Positions 8,391 through 17,895 of a DNA stretch of 64,000 bases are shown here, one piece after another. The DNA is taken from the NCBI GenBank assembly GCA_036679605.1, contig JAZDCZ010000365.1, forward strand, positions 1-64,000, given 5' to 3'. A model generated the notes under the pieces. It saw only the letters and a list, made by a program, of their open reading frames with translations, was not told the DNA's origin and did not search any database. The position numbers were made by a program, and so were the translations under genes. The DNA comes from Gemmatimonadota bacterium. GTDB taxonomy: Bacteria > Gemmatimonadota > Gemmatimonadetes > Gemmatimonadales > GWC2-71-9. The number at the start of each line of letters is the position of its first letter. Within the stretch, counting starts at the first letter, position 1.

Positions 8391-11339
8391 CTACCGCCTT
8401 TCCCCTTTCAATCGTGCCAGCGCCCCACGTATTTCGTCCACTTCGGGTTGGACCGACGGTTCGGGGTCGCTCCGCAGTGCAAGATACTGAGAGTATGCAT
8501 CGATGGCCCGATCGCGGTCTCCCGCAAGTTCGGCGAGCCGACCGGATTCCCTTAGATGCGTGGCAAGAGGGAGCATATATCCCAAGTAGTATTCATGTCT
8601 GCCGGCTGCCGCGGACGCCCGGGCGTATGCCCCTTCGCCCTCGAGCAGACGGGCCAGGAAGAGATTCTCCCACCTAGGCCGGTAGGGTCTCGTCAGCAAC
8701 AATTCGTCTAGTCTGTCGATCAACTGGCCGGCATCGGCTTGACCGCGACGCTGTGCCAACGCGGCCTCTAGGAGATCGGCACAGACCATATCCCTCGCTG
8801 GGGGCCACGTAGGATCGCGATCGATATGACGGTCGCGAAGTTCTCGAGTAATGGGCGGAATGGCGTCAAACCGATTGTGTTCGAACTGCCACAACACCAT
8901 TGCACACAAATCACGCCCTCCGATGGTGGCTTCGCCAGAGGCCGCTACCTGTTCCTCTAACTCACGATACGCCCTGAATCCCTCCACCGAATCACCAGAC
9001 CGCAGCATCGATGAAAACAGCCATCCGGCCGGGCCGATGTTCCCACGCCGAGCTGCTTCGGCTGCTTCAACCGGTCGCCCAGCATCCCACGCCAAGAAGG
9101 CCTCCCGTGCTGACACTCTCTCTCGTCCTACTTCGCTGACCGTTACCCGGCGTAGCCGAGCCATGAACTCGCGAAAGTCCGAAATGTGGTTGACGGCAAA
9201 CGGCAACATGAGTGCGACGCCTTGGACAACCGGACGGTCGATGGTCCCGGTATCGAGGAGTGCAAGGGCCGCGTTTCGTAAGGCCGTGTCGCCCAACACC
9301 ACTCCAGCGAGCCAGCGTTCCGGAATCCCAGCAACGGGATCGCCGACCGCGGCGTCGTTGAGACGCATGTAGCGGCGAATGTCAGCCGTGTCTCCGCGGT
9401 TGACGGCAAGCAGAAAGAGGTGCTGCAGCGGACCGGCAACCGAGGAATCCCGTTCGACCGCCCGGGCGAAGGCGCGCTCGGCCCGGAGGAACGGGTCATC
9501 GACCCCCAGCAGGTTGCCGTCGTGCATGTAGCTGTCACCGAGAAAGTACCACGCCTCCGAGCGGTCCTCGGCAATCCTCACCGCCTCCTCTCGAGCTCGC
9601 AACAACGTGGCACCATTGTCCGGATCCGGTCCGTTGGTCCCCATTACCGCGGTCACGATGGCACGGTCCTTAGTTCCTAGGTCGTCTCTACCGCGCCAGG
9701 CTGCTCGTTGTCCGATGGCATAGACCCGACCCCCAGCTGTAGCGGACCAACCGTTCGCCTTCACCAACCCCACTCCCGCCAACGCGAAGTTGGTGTCCGT
9801 CTCCAGCGCCTCTGTAAACCGGTTCACGGCTTCCGAATACCGCGCACTGCGGTACTCGACCTGGCCACGGAGATAGGCCCGGAGCGCCGGAAGCGACGCG
9901 GTCAGATTCGCACTTTGCTCGGCGCCGATACCCGCTGTTCGCGCGAGAAGTTGTCCGACGAAGCGCGGCAATAGCGCGAGGGCGCTGTCCGCCGGTCCTT
10001 CGACGTTGGCCTGCACGGACGCGACTCGGCCGTCGACAGAGGCGAGTGACCCTCGCAGCACGAGCCGGGCATCGGATTCGACCACGGCCCCGGTGAGCAC
10101 GAGACCGGCACCGAGCGAACGCGCCAACTCGATCGCCTGCACTTCATCGAGATCTTCGCGGTCCGACGATACCTCACGCCGCCACGCGCTTATCACGGTA
10201 CCCGGGTCGGCCGACATCGGCGTCCCGCCTTCGCCGGTCAAGAACGTGGCCATGAGATCGACCATGCCCTCACGCAGGTCGGCCACCTGATCGGCCGAGC
10301 CAACCACCCGGAACGGGAGAACGACAACGAGGTTCTCGTCGAGCGCCGTCGCGCCACCCGTACGCCCGAGGGCAAACCATCCGATGAAGACCAAGGCAAC
10401 CGCGGCGACCGCCATCCCTGCCCGACGACCGAGCTTCGGACTCACCGCCGACACAGCACTCACGGGCCGAGTATCGGTCGGTGTCATGCCGACACTTGGC
10501 GTGGCAATCCCCTCGAGCCGCGTGAGTAACTCATCCGCGCTCTGCCACCGATCCGCCGCTTTCTTCTCCAAGCACCGCATCACGAGATCCGCCAAGGGTG
10601 CGGGAACCGTTGCTCGACGTGTCGTGACGGGCGTCGCCGGTTCGGTAACGTGAGCTGCGAGGATCTGTTGCGGGCTACTCCCCGTGAACGGCGGTGCGCC
10701 AGTCAGCATCTCATACGCCATCGCCCCAAAAGCGTAGATGTCCGCGCGATGATCGATGTGGGGGTCAGCAGAGGCTTGCTCCGGCGACATGTAGGACGGC
10801 GTTCCAAGAGCGACCCCTGCTGTCGTGATCGCGTGACGCCCGGTCGCCTCGCTTATCGCCTTAGCCACACCAAAGTCCGCGACGAGTGCGTGCCGATCGG
10901 CCAGCATCACGTTGTCGGGCTTGATGTCGCGGTGCACCACTCCTTGCGCGTGAGCCTTAGCGAGCGCGTCCGCGACTTCCTTGAGAATACGCACGGCATC
11001 GGAGATCGGTAACTCGCCTTCACGCGCCAATCGCTCACGCAACGATTCCCCCTCCACGTACGGCATCACATAGAACAGGAATCCGTCGGCTTCGCCGGAA
11101 TCGTAGAGCGGCAGAATGTGGGGATGCGTAAGGCCTGCCGCGATCTCGATCTCGCGCACGAACCGCTCCGGTCCGACGGTTTCACTCAGTTCAGCCCGCA
11201 ACACTTTCACGGCCACCTTGCGGTGGTGCTTCAAGTCTTCGGCGAGATAGACCGTGGCCATGCCACCCGCACCGACTTCCTTCTCTATGGAATAGCGGTC
11301 GGCGAGAGCTGCCTTGAGGCGATCGAAGATGTCGGACAT
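8391..11339 (-). CDS. Ser/Thr protein kinase K2: kinase, single TM, TolB-N-like domain, TPR-like helical region
   Basis: GAGGMATVY, VAVK, HRDIKPDN, DFG, GTPSYMSPE; TM AMAVAAVALVFIGWFAL; LVVVLPF. Confidence 0.93.
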   Translation of the reverse strand: MSDIFDRLKAALADRYSIEKEVGAGGMATVYLAEDLKHHRKVAVKVLRAELSETVGPERFVREIEIAAGLTHPHILPLYDSGEADGFLFYVMPYVEGESLRERLAREGELPISDAVRILKEVADALAKAHAQGVVHRDIKPDNVMLADRHALVADFGVAKAISEATGRHAITTAGVALGTPSYMSPEQASADPHIDHRADIYAFGAMAYEMLTGAPPFTGSSPQQILAAHVTEPATPVTTRRATVPAPLADLVMRCLEKKAADRWQSADELLTRLEGIATPSVGMTPTDTRPVSAVSAVSPKLGRRAGMAVAAVALVFIGWFALGRTGGATALDENLVVVLPFRVVGSADQVADLREGMVDLMATFLTGEGGTPMSADPGTVISAWRREVSSDREDLDEVQAIELARSLGAGLVLTGAVVESDARLVLRGSLASVDGRVASVQANVEGPADSALALLPRFVGQLLARTAGIGAEQSANLTASLPALRAYLRGQVEYRSARYSEAVNRFTEALETDTNFALAGVGLVKANGWSATAGGRVYAIGQRAAWRGRDDLGTKDRAIVTAVMGTNGPDPDNGATLLRAREEAVRIAEDRSEAWYFLGDSYMHDGNLLGVDDPFLRAERAFARAVERDSSVAGPLQHLFLLAVNRGDTADIRRYMRLNDAAVGDPVAGIPERWLAGVVLGDTALRNAALALLDTGTIDRPVVQGVALMLPFAVNHISDFREFMARLRRVTVSEVGRERVSAREAFLAWDAGRPVEAAEAARRGNIGPAGWLFSSMLRSGDSVEGFRAYRELEEQVAASGEATIGGRDLCAMVLWQFEHNRFDAIPPITRELRDRHIDRDPTWPPARDMVCADLLEAALAQRRGQADAGQLIDRLDELLLTRPYRPRWENLFLARLLEGEGAYARASAAAGRHEYYLGYMLPLATHLRESGRLAELAGDRDRAIDAYSQYLALRSDPEPSVQPEVDEIRGALARLKGERR

Positions 11340-11376
11340 GAGGGACAGCAATATAGGAGGCGCTCGCTCTTGGCGC

Positions 11377-11448
11377 GAGGTCGTACGGAGGTCTGCGACC
11401 CTTTCCGGATCTGTAGCAACCAGTGTCTCAACGACTTAGCAAGTCGGA
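11377..11448 (+). repeat. att-like repeat R4
   Basis: GAGGTCGTACGGAGGTCTGCGACCCTTTCCGGATCTGTAGCAACCAGTGTCTCAACGACTTAGCAAGTCGGA; abuts the hspQ stop. Confidence 0.9.
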
Positions 11449-11449
11449 T

Positions 11450-11752
11450 TCAACTCCAGAGCGAGTTGCTGTAGGTGCCCCCTCGAAACTGATCAAAGAA
11501 ATCGTCCACCTCCGGGTGTCTAATGGGTTCCCTGCTGACGTCTGGTTCGAGATGCCGTTCAGCCACGTACGTTCGGTGCGATGTCCCATGGACGAGTACG
11601 TGATACCAAGGCTTGTCTTTGGGTGGACGGGATCGAGCGACCTCATCGTACCACTCGTCCGACCCTATGAAGGTTTCGTCCACTCCTGTGATCACACCTC
11701 TGTAGTCAAACTTCCGATGATGAACCGTTTGCCCGATGGTGAACGTGCCCAT
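11450..11752 (-). CDS. hspQ: Heat shock protein HspQ (YccV-like)
   Basis: FTIGQTVHHRKFDYRGVI..VD, PWYHVLV, TYVAERHLE, HP motifs. Confidence 0.88.
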   Translation of the reverse strand: MGTFTIGQTVHHRKFDYRGVITGVDETFIGSDEWYDEVARSRPPKDKPWYHVLVHGTSHRTYVAERHLEPDVSREPIRHPEVDDFFDQFRGGTYSNSLWS

Positions 11753-11795
11753 CAAAGCCTCACGATCTGGCACCGAGTTCCCCGATTGCACCCGA

Positions 11796-14186
11796 TCATT
11801 GGTTCACCGCCGCCAACCCGACGCGTTCGCGAAGTGCCTGGAACCGTGGGTCGTCGTGCAATCGATATAAGAGGGGGTTGTGGGTCAACTCGCCGACGAC
11901 CGAACGGTCACGAACGTCGACGGCGCGCTCCAACAACGCGAACGCTGAGTCTGGGTTCCCCATGGCGAATTGGCCCATTGCCATCGTCGAAAACCACGGA
12001 GGATCACTCTGCCGCGCGACTTCTTCCAGTTGACGGTAGGCCGCGGTCGCCTCCTCCGGACGGTTGGCGCCCGCGAAGATCATCACGCGTTGGTTCCAAT
12101 CCCATGCAGTACGCACCCCTCCCGCGAGTGTCTCCGACAAGTTCTGTTCCTCCTCGGCCTCCGGGTACCGCCCCTGGAAGGTATAGGTCCACGATAGCAG
12201 GGAATGGGCCTCCCAAAAAGACGGATCCAGTTCGATCGAGCGTCGGCCCGCTGCGATAGCCGGTTCGTATTGTTCGGCGGCAGCCAGCCACCAGCCTAGG
12301 TCGCTGTGCCATTGCGCCGTCGAGGGCTCGAGATCGATGGCCTTCTGTACCGTTGCGATCGCCGAATCGATGCGGCCCATGTCGGCAAGAAACAAGGCGT
12401 ACCGTGAGTACTGGTTTGCGTATGGCGCCAGTTCCAACCCGCGCAGGAACGATCGTTCGGCGGCTTCGAACTCCCAGTCGATGTAGTACTCCTTGAAGCC
12501 CCGGGTCACGTACGCCACCCCAAGTTGGTTGTCGATCGCAAGCGCCGCGTTAACCGCGCGATCGATGAGTGCGCTCGCCGAATCGGCGCCAATCCATCCG
12601 TAAAAGAGCATGGTCTCGTACGCGAGGGCCACCCCCTCATAGGCTGCGGCGAGCGTCGAGTCCCGTGCGATCGCTCGATTGAAATGATCCAAACCTCTTC
12701 TGACACCATCCTTGGTCCATCGTAGCGTCTGTTGTCTCCCCAAGAGCAATTGAGCGTATGCCTCCTGATCAACCTGGCGGGTGTCTGCGAGTCTTGCCTC
12801 CTGCTCGGGAGTAATCTCCTGTTGAATCTGTTCCGCCATCTCCCGCGCGATAGCGTTCTGGAGAGTCATGACATCCACGGCACGTTCATCGTAGGTCTTG
12901 GACCAGAGGTTCTCCTGTGACTGCGGCTCCATGAGTTCAATCGCGAGGCGCACGCGATCCGACGCTACCAACAGTCGACCAAACACCAGAGCGTCAACGT
13001 TCAGTTCATTCGCAATCTCTCTAGGCGACAGGTCAGTATCGCGGTATTTCGCCACTGCACGGGCGCCTACAATGCGTACACCCATGTTCGTGAGCACGCT
13101 AATGATGTCGTAGGTTATCCCCTCCGCGTAGAAGTTCTGCGTCGAATCACCGGTAGCATTCTCGAGTGGCAACACTGCGATCCGCTCGATCGCTGATGAT
13201 CCTCCGCCGCCGCGCATGGCCCACCATCCAAAGAGGGCGACACCTATCAAGACGGTCGCGACCCCGTACGTCCGAAGTGATTGTGTTATCGGTGCGTGCG
13301 CCGCCGTCACTGGCCGCGTGTCCGTCGGCGTCATCCCAACGCTCGGCGTCGTCATCGTCTCGAACTGCTGTGCCAGCTCGTCCGCGCTCTGCCAACGATC
13401 TGCGGGCTTCTTCTCGAGGCACCGCATGATGAGCGCTGCAAGCACGGGAGGTATGGCCGGTCGGTATTCCGAGACCTGCACTGGCGTCTCCGTCACGTGC
13501 GCAGACAGAACCATCTGTGCCGTATGCCCGTCGAACGGCGTTCGCCCGGCTACCATTTCGTATGCCATGGCGCCTAGCGCGTAGATGTCCGACCGATGAT
13601 CGATGTTTGGGTCCGCGGTAGCTTGTTCAGGTGACATGTAGGACGGTGTCCCTAGTGCAATCCCCGCGGTCGTCAGCTTCTCCTGTCCCGTGGCTTCGCT
13701 CACCGCCTTCGCAACACCAAAATCAGTCACCACCGCGTGACGCCCAGACAGCATGACGTTGTCGGGCTTGATGTCTCGGTGCACGATGCCCTCGCCGTGC
13801 GCAAAGGCGAGCGCGTCGGCCACACCGCGCAGGATCCGCACGGCCTCGGCGATGGGCAGTTCGTGTTCCCGATCCAGCCGGTCACGCAGTGATTCGCCCT
13901 TGATGTAGGGCATGACATACCAGAGAAAACCGTCCGTCTCGCCCGAATCGTAGAGCGGGACGATGTGCGGATGCTGGAGACCAGCCGCCATCTTGATCTC
14001 GCGCAGGAAACGATCGCTCCCGATGTGCATCGCCAGGTCGGGACGTAGCACCTTGACCGCCACCTGGCGGTCGTGCTTGACGTCGTGCGCGAGGTATACG
14101 GTCGCCATGCCGCCGGCACCCAACTCTTCCTGGATGGCGTAGTGGTCGGCGAGGGCGATTTTGAGACGGTCGACTTGATCGGACAT
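11796..14186 (-). CDS. Ser/Thr protein kinase K3: kinase, TM, TolB-N-like domain, TPRs
   Basis: All Hanks motifs; IAVLPLEN; EAYAQLLLG; TPR repeats; DPRFQAL C-terminus. Confidence 0.93.
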   Translation of the reverse strand: MSDQVDRLKIALADHYAIQEELGAGGMATVYLAHDVKHDRQVAVKVLRPDLAMHIGSDRFLREIKMAAGLQHPHIVPLYDSGETDGFLWYVMPYIKGESLRDRLDREHELPIAEAVRILRGVADALAFAHGEGIVHRDIKPDNVMLSGRHAVVTDFGVAKAVSEATGQEKLTTAGIALGTPSYMSPEQATADPNIDHRSDIYALGAMAYEMVAGRTPFDGHTAQMVLSAHVTETPVQVSEYRPAIPPVLAALIMRCLEKKPADRWQSADELAQQFETMTTPSVGMTPTDTRPVTAAHAPITQSLRTYGVATVLIGVALFGWWAMRGGGGSSAIERIAVLPLENATGDSTQNFYAEGITYDIISVLTNMGVRIVGARAVAKYRDTDLSPREIANELNVDALVFGRLLVASDRVRLAIELMEPQSQENLWSKTYDERAVDVMTLQNAIAREMAEQIQQEITPEQEARLADTRQVDQEAYAQLLLGRQQTLRWTKDGVRRGLDHFNRAIARDSTLAAAYEGVALAYETMLFYGWIGADSASALIDRAVNAALAIDNQLGVAYVTRGFKEYYIDWEFEAAERSFLRGLELAPYANQYSRYALFLADMGRIDSAIATVQKAIDLEPSTAQWHSDLGWWLAAAEQYEPAIAAGRRSIELDPSFWEAHSLLSWTYTFQGRYPEAEEEQNLSETLAGGVRTAWDWNQRVMIFAGANRPEEATAAYRQLEEVARQSDPPWFSTMAMGQFAMGNPDSAFALLERAVDVRDRSVVGELTHNPLLYRLHDDPRFQALRERVGLAAVNQ

Positions 14187-14253
14187 ATGGCAATGAAAGA
14201 TGTAGCCGAAGAGGAATCTACGCGAATCGGCGATCCCGGTGCCACAAGCGATA

Positions 14254-14354
14254 GCTCGAATCCGGAGGTCGTAGGGAGGTCCGCGACCCTTTCCGGATCT
14301 GCAGCAATCAGCGTCTCAATTGCTTAGCAAGTCGGAAGGAACCGCAGTTAACCG
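14254..14354 (+). repeat. att-like repeat R5
   Basis: GCTCGAATCCGGAGGTCGTAGGGAGGTCCGCGACCCTTTCCGGATCTGCAGCAATCAGCGTCTCAATTGCTTAGCAAGTCGG...GTTAACCG. Confidence 0.9.
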
Positions 14355-14377
14355 GTGGGCGTTTCGGGCGCTGGCGA

Positions 14378-15232
14378 TCAAGGGTCCCTCACCACTAGAG
14401 TGCCGCTATCTGTCGACGTGACATTGTTGTTCGCAGGTTTATGGAGTATTGGGACTGGCTCAATGCCAAGAGTGCATGAATACACGTACGTGCCCGCAGG
14501 AGGGGAGGACAACTCGATCAGTTTCTCGCTGCCCGGCAGCACTTTGACATCGATACCCAGCTCTTCAATTGTGAAGGTGTGCACGGTGAGGTCACGGTTC
14601 TTGATAACGAACTTGGCAGACTTGCCGACCGGCACCGTCAGTTGAGCGGGCCAGAAAGCGCTACTCTTGATATCAACAGTGATTGCCGCCGCTTTCTCTT
14701 CAGGGCTCACCGTTTCAAGGCTAGTGAGGTGGAGTGTGCCCGAGACGACCATGAGACCGATCACTATCCCCGTTGTCGCCCAGAGAACCCACCGCTCGCG
14801 CGCCGTGGAGACGTTGCGGGTGGTGCCCCTACGGTGCTGTTGGAAGGCCACGATACCTGCGACCGCCGCCACCGTCGGTGCCCCAATCAAGGGGATCAAC
14901 AGGCCGGTGTCGAAAAAGCTGTTGACGTTGCCCAAGGCGGTTGGGATGAACTGGGCATTTAGCAGCGTCATCAGTATCGCCCAGATCGCTGCGACGAGCG
15001 TCCCAGGTCTCCGCCAGGCCTGGACGACGACGAGGAGCGTCGGCACCAAGAACAGGGTGTACATGGCCAACCCTTCCAGCACCCCCATCATTTCCACACC
15101 GCCCGAGACCATGGTTAAGATGCCGAGACCCGAATAGATCAGGGTAAAGACGAGCAGCCCCGCGATTGTTACTCGCGTGTAGAAGGGCAGGCCCTTCCAT
15201 CTCCGTTTATCCTGTGCGTCCTCGTCCATCAT
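14378..15232 (-). CDS. Membrane protein (about 5 TM) with C-terminal cupredoxin-like domain
   Basis: GAGGAGG RBS before ATG 15232; FWPAQLTV, NRDLTVHTFTI, GTYVYSC. Confidence 0.8.
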   Translation of the reverse strand: MMDEDAQDKRRWKGLPFYTRVTIAGLLVFTLIYSGLGILTMVSGGVEMMGVLEGLAMYTLFLVPTLLVVVQAWRRPGTLVAAIWAILMTLLNAQFIPTALGNVNSFFDTGLLIPLIGAPTVAAVAGIVAFQQHRRGTTRNVSTARERWVLWATTGIVIGLMVVSGTLHLTSLETVSPEEKAAAITVDIKSSAFWPAQLTVPVGKSAKFVIKNRDLTVHTFTIEELGIDVKVLPGSEKLIELSSPPAGTYVYSCTLGIEPVPILHKPANNNVTSTDSGTLVVRDP

Positions 15233-15478
15233 CGTTCCTCCTCGATCCACAGATCCTCCATGTGCCGGCTCGGGATGGCCCGGAATGCGAGAGCGACAGT
15301 GTGATTTAGTGTGCGAGATGTCATTCTCTTGCCAGACATCAGGGTACCATGACGGCACTCTGGGGGGCCCATGATTGCCTCCGTTGCAACGGTTTCTAGC
15401 TTGGGGTCGGGGGCCGCGTGACTTTCAGCGCATGAGGGGGGTGGCCAATATGGGGTACGGCGGCGCAGTTAGCTAGAG

Positions 15479-15613
15479 TTAACCCATAGCTGACCTTGCC
15501 CGCAGTCGTCCCACCCGTACCTTGTGCGTATCCTCATTGCCGACCGGCCAGCATCCGAGGAGAAGTACCTATGGATGATTGGTCGTTCTGTCCCAAGTGC
15601 GGCACCAAGTTCG
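15479..15613 (+). repeat. Duplicated block B: promoter, RBS and first 14 codons of K1 (stub ORF 15571-15669)
   Basis: MDDWSFCPKCGTKF, then unrelated residues to TGA; precedes K4. Confidence 0.95.
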
Positions 15614-15702
15614 CAGAGAGAAAGAGAATACCCCGAGCAGCGTTCGGGGGTTCGGGTTCCTCTGTTTGACGCCGCCGAACCGGGCGGCATATTCGCTAGG
15701 TC

Positions 15703-17835
15703 ATGACCGCACCTGACCGTATCTGCACATCCTGCGATGCTAGAGTGGCTGCCGATGCCGCGTTCTGCCCAAAGTGCGGCAGTCAAGTAGCGGCGGGAGT
15801 TCCTGCAACCTCCGACCCCCTCTTGGCTGCCCTGGAACGTGCGGTGGGCTCACAGTACGAGATCACCAGACTCTTGGGTCGAGGCGGCATGGGATCGGTG
15901 TATCTGGCGCGTGAGACCGCGCTGGACAGGCTCGTTGCCATCAAGGTGCTGACCCCTGAAGGAGCAGACGCCGAGAGCTACGAGCGGTTTCGCCGGGAGG
16001 CGAAGACCGCCGCCAGGCTAACCCACCCCAATATCGTGCCGCTCTACACGTTCGGCGAAGCCCAAGGCGTAATGTACTTCGTCATGGGCTACGTGAGTGG
16101 TGAGTCATTGGGTGCCAGGCTCAAGCGGATGGGGAAGACCGATCCGAATGAAGCGCGTCGCATTATCGCCGATATAGCGGCGGCGTTGCATTACGCGCAT
16201 CAGCAGGGAGTGGTGCATCGTGACATCAAGCCCGACAACATCCTGATCGACGATGACAGTAACAAGCCGATGCTCACGGACTTTGGCGTCGCTAAGACTC
16301 TCGCACGCGGTGAGACGTTGACGCAGATCGGTGCCACACTCGGCACGCCACATTACATGTCACCCGAACAGGCCGCCGGTGACCGCGAGATCGACGGCAG
16401 GAGCGATCTCTACTCGCTGGGCGTCGTAGGCTATCAGATGTTGTCGGGGCGGCTGCCGTTTGAGGGTGACAGCGTGCGCGACGTACTGGTACAACACGTA
16501 ACGAAGGAACCAGTTCCTATCGGCGTGTTGGATCCTACGGTCCCGGAAGACCTGGCCCGTGTGATCGACCAGTGCATGGCCAAGGACAGCGACGAAAGGA
16601 TGAGTGACGGCGAGGCCGTGCATACTGCACTCGGCGTGCAAAAGGGCGCGCACGACTTGATACCGGCAGACATGGAAGACAGTGTACAAACGTTGAGGCT
16701 TCTCGGCTGGCTGAGTGGAGGTTTGCTCACTCTGTCGAACAACATGTTCACCGCCTGGATGTGGGGCCGCGTAGCGAGTGATGCTTGGTCAGGAGCGTGG
16801 TTGGCATTGGGTGGAATTGGGTTGTTTGCCGTCCCGGCGTTGACGATGCGGTGGACTAAGAAATTCGGCCGGCACTCCTGGCGGGATATTTTAAAGTGGG
16901 TGTTTCGGCAGCCCGCCCGTTGGACCATGTGGTGGCCGCGTCCATTCAGGCGTCAGGACGACATGTGGGATCGGCTTCCCAAGCCGGTCAAGCGCGGTCG
17001 TGTCGCGCAGGGTTGGCTTGCCGGGTCCGGTAGCCTGTTCGTCGCCACGGTCCCCGGCTTTTTTTGGCTAGTCGTTTCATCGGATTGGGTGTTTTATCCT
17101 GAAAATGCGATGATCGCTCTCATGGTGGTGTTGGGGGGCACAATCGGTTGGCCAATGCTTGAGGCGGTACGTATTGATCGCTGGGCCAAGCGGATCGGAC
17201 TGCCCAAAGCGATCAGGAAAAAGTTGTGGTCGGCTCCGACCGCCGATGTTGACTTTTGGACCAAGCCTCCCCTGAACCAGTTTCTGCGTGGCGGATCGAT
17301 CCAGGGGAAGCTCGCTGGTGAGAGCTTGCCACAAACGCCTCCTGCCTACCTGCAAGCCATCGAGAACGCAGTTATCGAGCTAGATGGTGCTCCGAAACAA
17401 ATAACTAGAGATGCTGCGGCAGTGGGCCGCGAGTTGCTCGGTCACATCGAGAGACTGGATGAGCAGATCCGCAGTCTCGGTGAAGAGACCGATCCGGGCG
17501 AGGTCGCTCAACTAGAACAGAAGCTGATGGCACTGGGTGACCCGTCCGACTCGGAGAGCAATTCCCAAACCCGCAAGCGGGAGTTGTTGGCAGAGCAGCT
17601 GGAGCTTGCCCGGCGCATGATCACCCAGTTTGAGAGCGCTAAGGAACGCCGCGATCGCCTGCTTGAGATGCTCAAGACCGTATGGCGGCAAGTCTCGAAC
17701 CTCAAAGCCCAAGCTGCGGACCCCACCTTCGATGGGCGTGAGGTCAGTGCCAAGGTGCGTGCGATCTCGGACGACATGCGGCGGTATCAGGAGGCGTCTG
17801 ATGAGACGATCCAGATCGTCGATGAGAACACATAG
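15703..17835 (+). CDS. Ser/Thr protein kinase K4: zinc ribbon, kinase, about 4 TM, coiled coil
   Basis: CTSC..CPKC; GRGGMG, VAIK, HRDIKPDN, DFG, GTPHYMSPE. Confidence 0.93.
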   Translation: MTAPDRICTSCDARVAADAAFCPKCGSQVAAGVPATSDPLLAALERAVGSQYEITRLLGRGGMGSVYLARETALDRLVAIKVLTPEGADAESYERFRREAKTAARLTHPNIVPLYTFGEAQGVMYFVMGYVSGESLGARLKRMGKTDPNEARRIIADIAAALHYAHQQGVVHRDIKPDNILIDDDSNKPMLTDFGVAKTLARGETLTQIGATLGTPHYMSPEQAAGDREIDGRSDLYSLGVVGYQMLSGRLPFEGDSVRDVLVQHVTKEPVPIGVLDPTVPEDLARVIDQCMAKDSDERMSDGEAVHTALGVQKGAHDLIPADMEDSVQTLRLLGWLSGGLLTLSNNMFTAWMWGRVASDAWSGAWLALGGIGLFAVPALTMRWTKKFGRHSWRDILKWVFRQPARWTMWWPRPFRRQDDMWDRLPKPVKRGRVAQGWLAGSGSLFVATVPGFFWLVVSSDWVFYPENAMIALMVVLGGTIGWPMLEAVRIDRWAKRIGLPKAIRKKLWSAPTADVDFWTKPPLNQFLRGGSIQGKLAGESLPQTPPAYLQAIENAVIELDGAPKQITRDAAAVGRELLGHIERLDEQIRSLGEETDPGEVAQLEQKLMALGDPSDSESNSQTRKRELLAEQLELARRMITQFESAKERRDRLLEMLKTVWRQVSNLKAQAADPTFDGREVSAKVRAISDDMRRYQEASDETIQIVDENT

Positions 17836-17895
17836 AGTCTGAGTTGACTATTGGTCACCCGAAGAACTCTCTCAGGGCTCCACCTGCTGGTCTCG

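Noticed and set aside
8391..14186. Diversity-generating retroelement acting on the kinases
   Set aside because: No reverse transcriptase seen; mismatches between duplicated segments are not adenine-specific.
522..14354. Repeats as integron attC sites or a CRISPR array
   Set aside because: No RYYYAAC/GTTRRRY-bounded long palindrome, no intI or cas genes, and spacing is kilobases.
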